NCBI GenBank assembly: GCA_037379345.1
Contig: CM074511.1
Span: 56,488,862 to 56,552,861, forward strand
DNA length: 64,000 bases
Direction of reading: 5' to 3'
Source: Perna viridis
Taxonomy: Eukaryota
Shown here: positions 23,701 to 36,000 of the stretch, piece by piece
Layout of the letters: each line of letters opens with the position of its first letter
Position numbering within the stretch: the first letter of the stretch is position 1
Made by a program: the position numbers and the translations under genes
Notes under the pieces: generated by a model
Database searches by the model: none
What the model saw: only the letters and a program-made list of their open reading frames with translations
Told to the model about the DNA's origin: nothing

Positions 23701-26700
23701 TATTTTGGGGAAATTAATCTCAATTGTGATATTCATAAAACTAATTATTACTGATAACAGTACTTTACAAAAACTGCAAGCTAATACATAACAATTGTTA
23801 AGTATTTTGAGAATTTAATTATTTCACTGAAGAGTAAGACCAAAATTAATACTAAGTGTGTTTCCCCTTACCCTACCAACCCATAACTAGACATTGCCCC
23901 TAACAGGCAATATCCCCCCCACCCAGCCTGTTGAACCCTGTACATTTGGAGACAAATGTGGACATATAATAGATATTGGATACAACTTTTATGGTGGACA
24001 GACAACACACTTTTGAAACACAATTTGCTGCCATTTCTAAAACACCCAACTCCAAACAGCAATCAGTACTATTTTTTGTTGACAACACAATTACAGAATA
24101 TGACTTATTCCTGACAATATGCACACCTCCATATGGTAATCTAACACTCCATTGAGTTTCATAACAATCCTGAAAGTTTTTAAGGAGGAGTTGTGAGCAA
24201 CACATCAGACCAATTGTTGCTGAAAAATGTGTAAGTTCCAAAAGCCGTCACTTCTACAAGTTTCTGATAATATGCATATCTCCATATGGTAATCTAACAC
24301 CCCATTAAGTTTCATAACAATTCTGCACATCATTGAGGAGGAGTTGCTGACAACATATCAGATCAAGTATTGCTGAAAAACACATAAGTTCAACAGCCAC
24401 CATTTCTACAGTTTTTGTCAAAATATTTAATTCTTGACAGTATGCACATATCCATGTAATTATATTACATTCAAAAAAGTTTCATTACAATGCAGCCAGC
24501 TGCTTAGAAAATAAATTGGACAGACGGACAGAAAGAGTAAAACCTATATACCACCAAAAACTTCTTTGCAAGGGTATAAAAGTTGGCTCTACCCAAATAA
24601 TTTTATTGCTGTTCTCTGACAAAATGTGATTTTAATTTTCAAAGCAACATTTTTCACTTCTTTGATCTTGGTTTTCACAGAACCATAACAACTTTGGAGA
24701 AAATTTTTTTTCCCTACCTACCCACCCAAGTAGGGTCAGGTAAAGAGAAACACACATTATTTTAAGTGTGGCCTAAATATCAAAACATATTAAATTCCCC
24801 AATAAAACCATGTTACCTTGCATGAGCTAAACATTCTGCTGACTCCTTCTCTTGTATTTCCTTAACCTTTTGTTGCAAATATCTATAAAAATATACTCCA
24901 CCTGATAAAAAAAAAGACCAGGAAAAAACATTAGGTTACACAAAATTAATTTCATAACAATTAATTAATCATTGTCTACTATACATGACAAATATGTTGT
25001 CGTACCAGCAGACAAAGCCCAAAACAACATTGTTTTTGTCTGCAAAACATTTTATATCTAATGTTTATTATCAGAGGTAGATGTAGAAAATAATAGCAGT
25101 GATAAGACCTACACTGCTACCACTCTCTCCAAAGAAGAGATTGTGGAAAACCATAAATCTGTGCTATGCTCTTTTGGTCTCTCTACCAAGGACGATGATT
25201 GTGTTTTACCATCTATGCACTGGATTCCTAAATTTCACAAGAATCCATACAAACAACGTTTCATAGCTGAATCTGCAAAATGTACCACCAAACCTCTATC
25301 AAAATTTTTAACTTCTATACTCACAACTGTCAAAGAGGGTCTACAGTCTACCACAACACTTGTTACTCACGTTATGGTATTAATTCAATGTGGATCCTGA
25401 AAAATTCGAAAGATCTTTTGGAGACTATCAGTTCAAGACTATTATCTGAATATAATAGCATTAAAACCTATGATTCTTCAACACTGTATACTTCTATTCC
25501 CCATACTCAGTTAAAATCCTGACTTAAAAACATTATACATCGTTGTTTTTCCAAAACAGATGGTACACCTAGATACAAATATATAGTTCTTGGTAGAGAT
25601 TCCTCATACTTTGTAAGAAATAATTCCAAATCATCTTCCAAGTATACAGAGGAAGATGTTTACAAAATGCTGGAATTTTTAATCGACAACATATTTGTCC
25701 AGTGTGGTGGACGTGTTTTTCAACAAATGGTCGGCATTCCAATGGGAACAAATTGTGCTCCTTTATTTGCTGACCTATTCCTTCACTCTTATGAGGCTGA
25801 CTTTACAGCTGATCTAATCAGAAAGAAAGAATATTGTTTGGCTAGATCCTTCAATCTCACTTTCCGCTATATAGATGACGTATTATCTTTAAACAATCCT
25901 AATTTTGGGGATTTGATACATCGCATCTACCCAAAAGAACTTGAGATAAAGGATACTACAGACACTGTGAAGTCAGCCTCATATCTTGACCTACACTTAG
26001 AAATCGATGATAAAGGAAAACTATTGACCAAACTTTACGACAAACGTGATGACTTTTCATTCAGAATTGTCAACTTTCCTTTCATCTGTGGCAACATCCC
26101 TTCGGCTCCTGCGTATGGAGTGTTCATATCACAACTCATACGTTATGCCAGAGCTTGCCGAAACTACGCAGACTTTTTGTACCGCGCTAGAACTCTAACA
26201 AATAGGCTTCTGGAACAGGGTTATGTTGCTACAAGATTGAAGTCATCACTACAGAAGTTTTATGGTTGTCATCATGAACTCGTGGATCATTATGGTGTAT
26301 CCATCAGCACCATGAAAACTGATTTATTCAATGGGTCATAATTTCCTTTCCTCGTTTGTCTACCCTGGACTTGACTTTTCATGAGCAACTTGGCGGGTGT
26401 TTCTAGAAAAGCAGAGGACGCTTACCCTACCGGTGCACCTGGTCCTTGCTCCCAGTTTTTAGTGGAGTCCGAGTTGCTCATTTACTTTTGTTACTTTGTA
26501 TGTATAATTTTAGTTACTTTATGTTCTTTGTTGTGTATGTCTGTTTTCCATGTCTGGTCTTTGTCCCTGGATTACATTCTTTTGATTACCGCTATAACCT
26601 TGGTTCCCTTGATTACTCTTTGACAGGAAACCAAAGAAACGAATTGTCATAAGCAAGCAAAACATTTCTATATATTTTTCCAACACAGTCGGTATAGTTT

Positions 26701-27941
26701 CGTTTTTTACCCTTTGACTTTAAAGACACTCTTCCATGCATTATTTATTGATAAAAATTATAAGTAAAAAGAACAAATTTTACTGCATTGGCTATCTTTT
26801 TTATACATAGTACTTGTTAAATAGATGTTCTTGATTTTTCTAACTGATTCATACACAAAATTATTGTCACAAAAGAAAACGTTGAATCCAGAATAGAACT
26901 CATGAGAAAATAATTGGTTCAATCAATGTTGACATCAAACTGATTTTGACTTCGTCAGGTAACATTATAGAATAAGCTTATTTAAATACAAAATCAAGGG
27001 AGTCAGTGCATTCATTCTGAAGGAAAAACTGAAGTACTCATTTACATCCCCACTGCTTGTGAGGACTTCAGTAGTTTTACACACAAAAGATTAACAAAAT
27101 GAATATTTACAGGGATGGTCACAGAGTAGGAAACTCACTCAAATTTTAGCCAGTCCTGTATACAATTTTTCAATATGTTTACTGTATGGCTATATAGATT
27201 TTTTCTAAAATTAGCCAGCCCTGCCAAAAAATAGCCAGTCTTGGGCTGGCACGCAGGCTACTATTTTTAACTCTGGGACGGAGCTATTCAAAATCTTTCT
27301 GTTGGAAGTGACATATTTAAGAAATGACAGCATGCATTATTGGAAGTTTTGCATATTCCTGTTGAACAAGATACCCGGCAGTGATATTACAACATAGGAA
27401 CAGGAATCCACGTTCATTTGTCCTAATCTTCACCCTAGTACCGGTTTTCCCTATTAAATTTTTAGTCCTCAGTCCGTTCGCTCTACATGTATATATATAA
27501 TTTTCAGGTATATGGTTTTAAGTAAAAATATCTGATCCTGAATAATCAGGACAACGAAAAAAGTAAAATACTAGTATATTGTTATGCAACAACCAATCAC
27601 AATGGTCCATTTCATTGTTTAAGCATTTCCTGTATAATACCAATTCTTCTAATATACATTGGGCAAAGGACCCCAAGGGAAGGCAGACTCCAGGCAAACA
27701 AGTTTACAAGGCACACAGGCCTAATACCACAACATATCTGTGTATTATCAACAAATCCAAAACTATTTGAGTAGATATAGCTCTGTCCTTCATACGCAAA
27801 GCTTAACATCATATCAAGTTTTATTTTGATTACAATTCACAATTCATGTAGAAAAAAAGTACCTCCAGCTAAAAATCCTCCGAAGATGAATTTTCTTTTG
27901 TGCCTTTTAATGAAGTTCAAAAGTCCTCCTATTCCCAACAT
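14800..27941 (-). CDS. PEX3: Peroxisomal biogenesis factor 3 (peroxin-3), complete, 13 exons, 366 aa
   Basis: Exons (minus strand) 27941-27863, 24901-24817, 22619-22573, 22285-22204, 22035-21992, 21637-21516, 21227-21155, 20867-20813, 20095-19942, 18459-18404, 17953-17843, 15560-15464, 14895-14800 total 1101 nt with all phases consistent. Translation MLGIGGLLNFIKRHKRKFIFGG...KQHHFDSNQRTCNMSVLSML...ELWEDLK...LLRVQLNIIGGYMF...LPMAKLIPIVSG...FAANIYEAFS carries the PEX3 hallmarks. Confidence 0.96.
16468..17450. repeat. 67-bp minisatellite interrupted by an inserted element
   Basis: Unit anchor tatactaga at 16481, 16548 and 16615 (period 67). The array resumes at 17367 (catt..tggcctggttg) after the insertion. 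Confidence 0.85.
16624..17366. mobile_element. TSD-less non-autonomous element with a long terminal hairpin (Crypton-like, tentative)
   Basis: Splits a minisatellite unit (ctaga|catt) with no clear duplication. Carries 49-bp inverted arms (45/49 identical) at 17209-17363 and the motif gttcatacatgcatgaa at 16694, 16723 and 17322. Confidence 0.6.
19497..19981. repeat. 70-bp tandem repeat made from the PEX3 exon 9 3' end plus its donor site
   Basis: aacctac (donor GTAGGTT on the minus strand) at 19795, 19865 and 19935. Further degenerate units lie at 19497-19556 and 19766-19794. Confidence 0.85.
19557..19765. mobile_element. Short TA-flanked MITE
   Basis: Left end tactgtaaaagaacttgaatttgtgggcacc resembles the reverse complement of the right end, tacagtgaaagtacttttgttcgtggggtacc. 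It is inserted at a TA inside a 70-bp repeat unit. Confidence 0.65.
20626..20750. repeat. 24-bp minisatellite, about 5 copies
   Basis: (ggaaaatgatatagaaccaatgtt)n. Confidence 0.95.
22914..23106. repeat. 23-bp minisatellite, about 8 copies
   Basis: (gaccctacctacccatgaagata)n. Confidence 0.95.
23216..23541. mobile_element. Hairpin-type repeat element (same family as 519-820)
   Basis: Inverted arms aataggataattaattgg..gaataaccaaaatatgatc and gatcatattttggttattc..ccaattgattatcctatt. The 3' tail is shared with 764-820. Confidence 0.6.
23835..24776. mobile_element. TIR non-autonomous element, copy 2, with a nested pearl/HINE-like element (about 23885-24581)
   Basis: Termini taagaccaaaattaatactaagtgtgtttcccctt and aaagagaaacacacattattttaagtgtggcctaa. 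The nested part has ~155-170-bp repeats (ctgacaatatgcaca... at about 24111, 24264, 24434), a gacagacggacaga microsatellite and a gggtataaaa end. Confidence 0.6.
24981..26620 (+). mobile_element. 5'-truncated Penelope-like retroelement (RT with no C-terminal endonuclease; Naiad-like), degenerate, in PEX3 intron 1 (antisense)
   Basis: HDKYVVVPADKAQNNIVFVCK, WIPKFHKNPYKQRFIA, IKTYDSSTLYTSIPH, QMVGIPMGTNCAP, FRYIDDVL, YLDL, LYDKRDDF, SQLIRYARAC. Disrupted by a TAA near 25059, a frameshift near 25349 and a TGA at 25520. The longest intact piece is ORF 25667-26341. Confidence 0.9.
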
Positions 27942-29023
27942 TCTGCAACTTTTTTACTGCAGCTGAAAGTCGTCTTTTTTGTTTTTGTTTTGTTTTTTAA
28001 TGTAAAATCTAGATGATATATGGTATATTCTGTTGCAAAAAAGAGAAAAAAAAATCAGTTCTGGGTGGGTTGTGAGGTCTAATAGTGTAAGGGACTGAAA
28101 TGGAGTGAAATGCTTTTACATGACGTTCATTTCGTACCATACGTCATTTGGACCAATTTATACTATTCCAAATCAGGAACAATATAATATCTAATTTAAA
28201 GTGGAATCTAGATTGTTTGTTTAAAGTGCAAAATTCTATTAACTTTTTCTGATACGGTATGTCTGTAAACAGATCTACAGAGCTTGTGTTTCTGTCTGTC
28301 TTGGTCCAGAAAGCAGTTCTATCATATTTTCCTCATCCTTATACCATAGACCTGTTTATACTAAATAAATACTTTTTGGCACAAACTCTTCAACAATATA
28401 TGGTTAATGCAAGCCTGACAATTGTTAAAAATATAAATGAACATGATTTAATTCAATAAAAATTGTAAGTTTTATTGAAATAACATTAATAAAGATTATG
28501 TTTGTATTACTTAAGTAGACTCTTCCAAATATTCGAACAGTTTGATGTGAAAGTAGAAGCCAAAATCCAAGAAGTTTAAATGATTTATGATTTAATAAAG
28601 AAAGACATATGGACTTTTGTTATAATTTTGCTTGACATTTTGGGGTGTTCACTAGACAGGAACTTTTAAGTCCCAATTCTAGAAAACAAGTGGATAATTA
28701 CCTTACTGGGCCAAGTTCCCATTCTTTATTTTGTGTGAAGTCTGGGTTGCTTATTTACCTGTCAGTTTTTGTGTGAAGTTTCGGTTGATTACTTACCTTT
28801 CAGTTTTTGTGTGTTTTCTTTCAGTTACATAACATACCTTAGCATAGGCTGAATTGCATGACAAATGTATTGTATATGAAAAAGACTGTCATCTCATTCC
28901 TATATACAGAAGGAAGCTTCCTTCCCTTTATTTCACGCACATGTAATATTTCTATTTATCTATGGTTAAAAGGCAGATTTAGTGTATAAGACAATTTGCT
29001 TTAGCGTAACCCCATAGTGATTC

Positions 29024-30109
29024 AAACAAGAGACTCTCAAGAGCCTAAACCGCTCACCTGATTCACGGTTATAGCTTTAATAAGTTGAATACATGCAAAA
29101 CCTATAAATAGTCAAACACCTTTCACCAAATTTGCACAGATGATATTTTTGTCACGATACTGAACATTTATGCAATAATCATTATTCTACTTATGTTAAC
29201 TGAATAACATACTACAAGTGCAAAAATCAATAAAAAATGCAATCAATAGATTTTTCCAAAGTTAGCACCAATCATAGATCTTACATACTTTTAAATATAT
29301 ATTTTTTTTTAATTTACATTAATGATCAATTAGCTATTATTTTGTTAACAACAGGCAAAAACAGGGAAAATAGTCAAAATGACACTTTCTGGGGCCATAA
29401 TTCCAAGAAGTGTCTGCATATTTTTCTGAACTTAGCTCCAAATTTAGATATTGAAATACTGAACATTTTATCAATTTACAATAATCATCAGACAATCTGC
29501 TTTCGTTTTCTAAATAATAGGCAAGAACTGACAAATACATCCAAAATGACACTTTCAAGGGCCATAACACCAAGAAGGGTCAACAGATTTTTTTTCTCAA
29601 ATTTGCACCAAAAACAGATATTGAAATACTGAACATTTTTATCTATTTGCATTCATCATCGACCTGCTTTCATTTCATAAATACAAAATTTAATATGCAA
29701 AAACTGATAAAAACTTCTTAAAAAAATTACACTTTCAAGGGCCACAACTCCAAGAAAGGACTACAGACTCTTCTGAAATTTGCATAAATAATAGATATTG
29801 TAATACTGAACACTTTATAAATTTACAGTAATCATCAATCTGCTTTTGTTTTCTAAATAATAGGCAAAAACTGCCAAAAAAAGGTAAAATTAGCTAAAAA
29901 AAAAAAAAGAAATATAAACAAAAATATATCGCCATGTTTTTTTTGGCAAACGACTGAAACAGACATAATTTTGGGAGTTTTATCAAGTTCTATTCAGTGG
30001 TTTCAGAGGAGGAGATTTTTAAAAAAAAGTTTACAATGGATGACAATGATGATGGACGCCAAGTGATGAGAAAAGTACTTATGGCCTTTTAGGCCAGGTA
30101 AGCTATAAA
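29024..30109. mobile_element. HINE/pearl-like non-autonomous element with ~170-180-bp internal repeats
   Basis: Left aaacaagagactctcaagagcctaaaccgctcacctg. Right gacgccaagtgatg...ggccttttaggccaggtaagctataaa. The core acactttc..gggcca.aa...caagaa recurs at about 29382, 29549 and 29729. Termini resemble 7738-9597. Confidence 0.75.
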
Positions 30110-32885
30110 GCCTAGGTAAGGTTTTTCCAGACAATTACTGCAATATTCGCTGTCACAAGAAATGAATACCAGGTAATGCCAACAACAGGTCCAGTTATGT
30201 ACCAGAGGTATAATACTTCATTGATAATGTATCATGTTGGGATTGATTTAAAACATACAAGTATAATTTTAGCATAAGTAGCTGAACGATGAATCGGTCA
30301 TCTTGAATTTATTCCTATAAAAGTGGTATCTACATAGATATACCAGTGTAAAGCCTCCTGAATATAAATGTGCTGGGTACTTGTAATTAAATGAAAAAAA
30401 TGTTTCCATAGCAGCATCATCTAAATGAAATGCTCCATAGCGTACAAATTGATATGACCACAGAGGTTCAACAATTGAAGACTGAGAATAGACACAGTAT
30501 TCATGCTTCAAACAACTCTGAATTCAGATTGTGATTAAATGTTTGCATAGCATAGGTTTCTGATACATAATGAAAGTGAATTAATAATGCATTGTTAGTT
30601 TTGGAATATTTAAATGCCCTAGTTGTTTTTTGTGGTATGGCAGCTTGTGGTGAGTTGTGATACAATTTCATAGAGATCCATACACTCATATTCCATTTAT
30701 TGTTGAGGAACAGAATGTCTACTGACAACTATAATGACAGCAGACATGACAACACTGCACTAACATTGTATGTCTGCAAATTTTGTAAGGTTAAATTAAA
30801 ACTGATTTTCTCTTTTATACCAGTAGAAGGCTCTTACTTTGCACAATGGCACAAGAAATTAAGAACAGTATAGCTGAAGTGTACAGAACATTTCTATGAT
30901 TTATTCATCATAATTATCATGTTATTTTATTCAGCCAATGAACATATGATCATATATACTACATCACAGTAAAATACTACATATGTATTGACATTTGAAG
31001 ATTGGATAAAGCTTCAATTTAATAAATATAATTTAAATAAATTTAAAAACATATATCATGCCGAATATTTCTTGAAAAAAAAGACATGAGAATGTGTCTA
31101 AATGACACAGATGCTCACTTTAATGTAAATAATTGTTTCTTTTTTTTACTCATTTATACATTACTGGGTAAAATGTTACTGACATACCCAGACCAAACAA
31201 TTTGATAAAGCTTTATCTCATGAAATAGCAGGATATGTGATGCCAAATAATTTTATGAAAACTGAATCTTCAATGTCCCTTAGAACCCTTAATTATTCAT
31301 CAATATTCCATTGGAGGTCATGTCAGAGGTTAACATGAATACATAAACTGACCAATCATGAGATTGTAACCATCATGCAATTACAATTTACTAATTCAAT
31401 TACTAAACAGGATAGAGAGAATCTGCAATGTATTCAGACAGGATCTCAAATGGCATGCTTTGCTTCTTCTGTGATTCCAAATTTTAATAAGGGGTTGTGA
31501 CTAAAAGAATTAGTTTTTTAGACTGACACCCAAATAGATAATTTGTTAAAAAAAAAAACTGAAATTCTTAATATACAGGATGTATATATTAATGCTTATT
31601 GTCATAACTGCAAACATTTTCTTCAGCATTGATGCCACAAAAATAAATTTCTACTAATGAGAAAATCTCTTTTTATACACTGTACCAACAAAAATTTAAA
31701 CTGATCAAAATAAGAAATCCTGCAGCCAGATTGGCAATTAGAGAAACAACTATCAGAACACATACGGTAGAAAAAAAACATTAAAAATGAAAAATAAATA
31801 ATCCTCAATTGCTTATATACATAGACGGTATGTACAAATCATCTAAAATTATCAAAGTCCTACTCACTGCATAAAAATTCTACAGTAAAACATCACATAT
31901 TCATTTATCTTAAAACTCTGTCACACTTATTCTTACATTTGATTTTAATTGCCATTACAACACTTTAATTTTCATAATGCTCAATATCCTTAACATTGGT
32001 GTCATATAAGAAATAATGCAATATTCAACAACAAAATATTGTCATGATCTGAATGAAAATCAAAACATATTAATGAATGTTTAATTAATTCTTTTTTGTG
32101 AAAATAAAAATTACTCTGATCATTTTGTTGACTATTTTACAATAATACAATGTAACACTAGTACAGAAAATAAATACGATCCTTCATACCATCTTCAGAA
32201 TGGACTCAATTGTAACTTATATACACATCAATTTTGACAGCAATTACATTCAAACATTTGATTTCTACTACTTCATTCATACAAAATAATCCAAAACATC
32301 TCAACATGCATAGTCATGTCTTAATGAGGTAATCAAATGTAAAAAACTGAACAATTCATATAGCAAAGTTTCTTCACATACATTTGTAGGTCCTATCTTT
32401 GGAAGATACAATGTACAAGGTCAAAAATAAAAATCGTGAAGTTCAGCACTTGAAAGCATTTAATTCAAACTTATTTGAAACAATTTTAAACAAAGAATTA
32501 ATATTCATGTCCAAATGCATGTATTTATTTCCATAAACACACACACATGTATGTATGTTTTACTGACTGTCCTTTATTGGTATAAATGTATTTAAAACTT
32601 TTTCACTGTTAAAAATTAAAACATTTAAAACACATTTCATGAAGACAACTACATGATAAAAATATAATCTCTATGCAAAAAAGCTCATCATATGAATATT
32701 TGAAAGTCTTAAGAAAAAACAGCATACTCAAATCCCACTTTTCTGACAATTTTTTGTTATCCAATGATTTCACACATTAGAGGATACATTTTAAACTTAT
32801 CTGTCCCTAATTTGCATTGAATTGTGTACGATAATAAGCATTTTTTATCCAATTCTTTAATTAAGATGTTCAATTAGGTGATATG

Positions 32886-32968
32886 ACTAATATGAAAGTG
32901 GTGGTGATAAGACTGATAACTAATATGAAAGTGGTGGTGATAAGACTGATAACTAATATGAAAGTGGT
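32886..32968. repeat. 33-bp tandem repeat, 2.5 copies, in the ASXL 3' UTR
   Basis: actaatatgaaagtggtggtgataagactgata at 32886, 32919 and (partial) 32952. Confidence 0.9.
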
Positions 32969-33081
32969 GTTGTTTGTCTGATTCTTACCACATCATACAT
33001 TAAAATAACTTGATACTAAAATGCAAGTAGAAAATAATTTACACATAATATAAAACACAATTCTACACTTTCAAAATAATC

Positions 33082-36000
33082 TCATGTTTTGACCAGACAA
33101 TTAACACAAACTTTAGCAGGACTAATACAATCATGGTGACAGAAAGCTCCACATTTATTACATACCATCAGAGCTTTCAGATTACATGCACAGTTTGAAC
33201 TGTCTTTTGTCACATTAGTGGGTTTAAGTGATTGATTTACTTGGACTTGGTTTTGTATTTTAGCAGGATTATGTTTCACACTAAGCTGTTGAACGAGTTG
33301 AGCGGCACTGCATACCACAATTTTTGTCACCTGTTTTTCTCCTTCACGACTGGCAGAAGCTGGTCTTTGGATAATTATTTGAGGAGTTTTACGTCCTGAT
33401 GTGGTAACAGTGCCACTCTTGGATAAAAAATTCAACTGTTCTGGTGAGAGATTTAACACTGTGGAATCATTAGCTGATGTATTTGGCTGGGTCATTACAG
33501 AATTGTCACTGATTCCAACACTTGCAGATCGAACTAAATTCTGAATAGCTACATTGTTTACAGGTGGAGCACTAGCTGCTCGTGCTGGGGATGATGGCAC
33601 ACTTGAAAGTCCTTGTGATGAATTTATCAATTGCATTAAGGCTTGATTTGTCAATGCAGTTGAGCCAAGATTTGCAGGTATATAAAACTTTGCATTTGTT
33701 CCTGGCATATTCACAATATTTGCAGGTTGCACAGGTGATGGCATAGAAATGACATATGATCCATCTTTCTGGACAACTGTTGTTGATGTGCTTGATGACG
33801 AATGAACAGATAACACTTGTGTTGCATCTAAAGCACCAACTGTTGAAGTCTGTGTAGAATGAGCACTACTATTTACTAAGTTAGATGAGGTCTGTACAGT
33901 TGATGGATTTGTCAGTAACAATTTCGAGGCACTTAAGTGATTAGCAAGTGGAACTAATTTAACAGGTGACTGAGATTTTTGAGATATATTGCACATTTCA
34001 GGAGCATTTTGGTGAGTCTTAACACCAGGCTCAACTTGAGTCAGAGTTTTCTGCATGACACTTTGACATATTTCATAAGATCGCTTGATATTGATTCCAG
34101 AACTACTCATTTTGTTGCAAATTTCCAAGGAACGTTTTAAATTAACTCCATCCTTGTTTAGTTCTTCTCTGTCACGTTCTAACTTTACAGGTGTCTTAAT
34201 TCCAGGACTTGCTCTACCAACAGGAGATTGCTTTTTGACCACATTTTGTATCATAATACTAGGAACATGTCTACTTGGAGAACCTTGGTCACTTTGCGGA
34301 CTTAATTGTGCATTACGCATTTGTACTCTAGCTTTTGTTTGGGCCTTTATTTGAGCCAATGTCCGTGTTCCTTGCATACGAATGGCATTAGCATTCTTGA
34401 TTTGAGCAAGTGTCCTTGTTTGGACTGGAGGTCTTATAATTGGAATACTATTATGCAGCAATGAAGTTGTCCGTGGAGGCTGATTGAGGGCAGCTTGAAG
34501 AGAGGTATGTTTGACAAGAGGAGGTTGAGATAGTGAGGTAGTCAGTGCTGTTGTCAGTAAAGAGACATGAGGTTTGGACATAACAGCCTCTGATACCTCT
34601 GATATGAGGATTGGATGGTTCATTGTTCCCAATGGCTGGGAAGTAAGAGGAGGTGTCTTTGGTTTCTTCACAGGACTTGAAACTTCAATCTCATCCTCCT
34701 GCTTTATAGATGTTGGTACTGGGCGTTTCACAGTATGTGATTCACTCTTACCATCTTTATGAACAACCTTAAGTAATAGACCTCCTGGAGTGTCATGATT
34801 GTCTTTCAGTCTATTTACAGTCTGGAAAATAGATCTTTGTTTTAACATATTGGCCACTATAGTTGCTTTCTTGATCTGAGGCTTTCTACTGACTACTGGC
34901 TGAACTTCTGATGTAGGCGATGGCATGTCAGCCTTTGGAACTTCATGTTTTATTCTCCTGAAAATAAATTTTGAGGTTAAGTGTTGTACATATGCATTAG
35001 CTTGAGTATGACTAATAGCTTCCTCTAATCTGATAAGGCCAGTTTGTCACTACTTATTTCATTATTCAGATAAATTTTCCCTTGCTCTACCAACAGGACA
35101 CTGCTTTTTTATGGCATTTTGTATCATAATACTAGGTATACGTCTACTGGGAGAACCTTACAAACAATATTTTTATATGAATAATTTCTTTACCAAAATG
35201 CTGTAATTGGAAAAGCGTGTCATATTGAATTCAAGCATCTTTTTTTAAAGTTATATTCCATTTTTCCAAGGTGATATGTTCTCACAATTTGTTAGCATTT
35301 GGGAGTGAATATAAAATCTGTACTAATTTCAGTTTCTTATTTAAGAATTACCTCTTTCCCCATACTGGTTCAAAGTGTTTCACCTGAAAAAAAAAATCAT
35401 AATACAGAAGAGTGTAAGGATGGAACCCAATAAATACAAAATATATTTTTTGTTTATTTAGAACAGAATTAATGTTTATAAAGTATATGTCACAGTTTTG
35501 TATGTTATTACATTCTCTCATTTGTAACAAAGAAATCTAACTATGTCGTGCTTGTAAGAAGATAATGTAAAAAAGTATGCATTAAGAAAAATCGAAAACT
35601 TAATTTTTTAAAGTCCCTAATCGTCAAATATTCTCTGCCACTGATTTTGCTCTAAAATCGAGTGACTTTCGCTAGAATCTTGGTTCCCTTGATATGATTC
35701 CTCTTTCGTAACCGTGATGACCCAAATGTTTTCAATCAAAACAACTAGTTATCAGGAACCAAATTAAACAACTGGCAATGTCTATATATAGATATCTGGG
35801 CCGTGATAATGTATATGACCTATATAGTCACTTGTAACAAGCCCCTGTGTTTAAATCGGAAACTTGGATATATTATATACATTCAATGCTAACCCACCAT
35901 TTCATCCTTTAATGTAAACTTCCCGTACTCATACAAACAAAAACCACACACAGACATGTGTATGATATTTTTTAAAAGAGGTACATTTTAGCAATCTATG

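Noticed and set aside
25520-25522. In-frame TGA in the Naiad-like RT as a selenocysteine codon
   Set aside because: The context QLKS*LKN fits an Arg (CGA to TGA CpG decay). The copy also has a TAA and a frameshift, and no SECIS was recognised.
26381-26652. ORFs 26381-26623 and 26446-26652 (and 45905-46143) as small membrane proteins
   Set aside because: They are translations of the T-rich 3' UTR of the Penelope-like element. The second copy has indels relative to the first.
34085-34762. Plus-strand ORFs 34085-34354 and 34574-34762
   Set aside because: Antisense shadows of the ASXL last exon.
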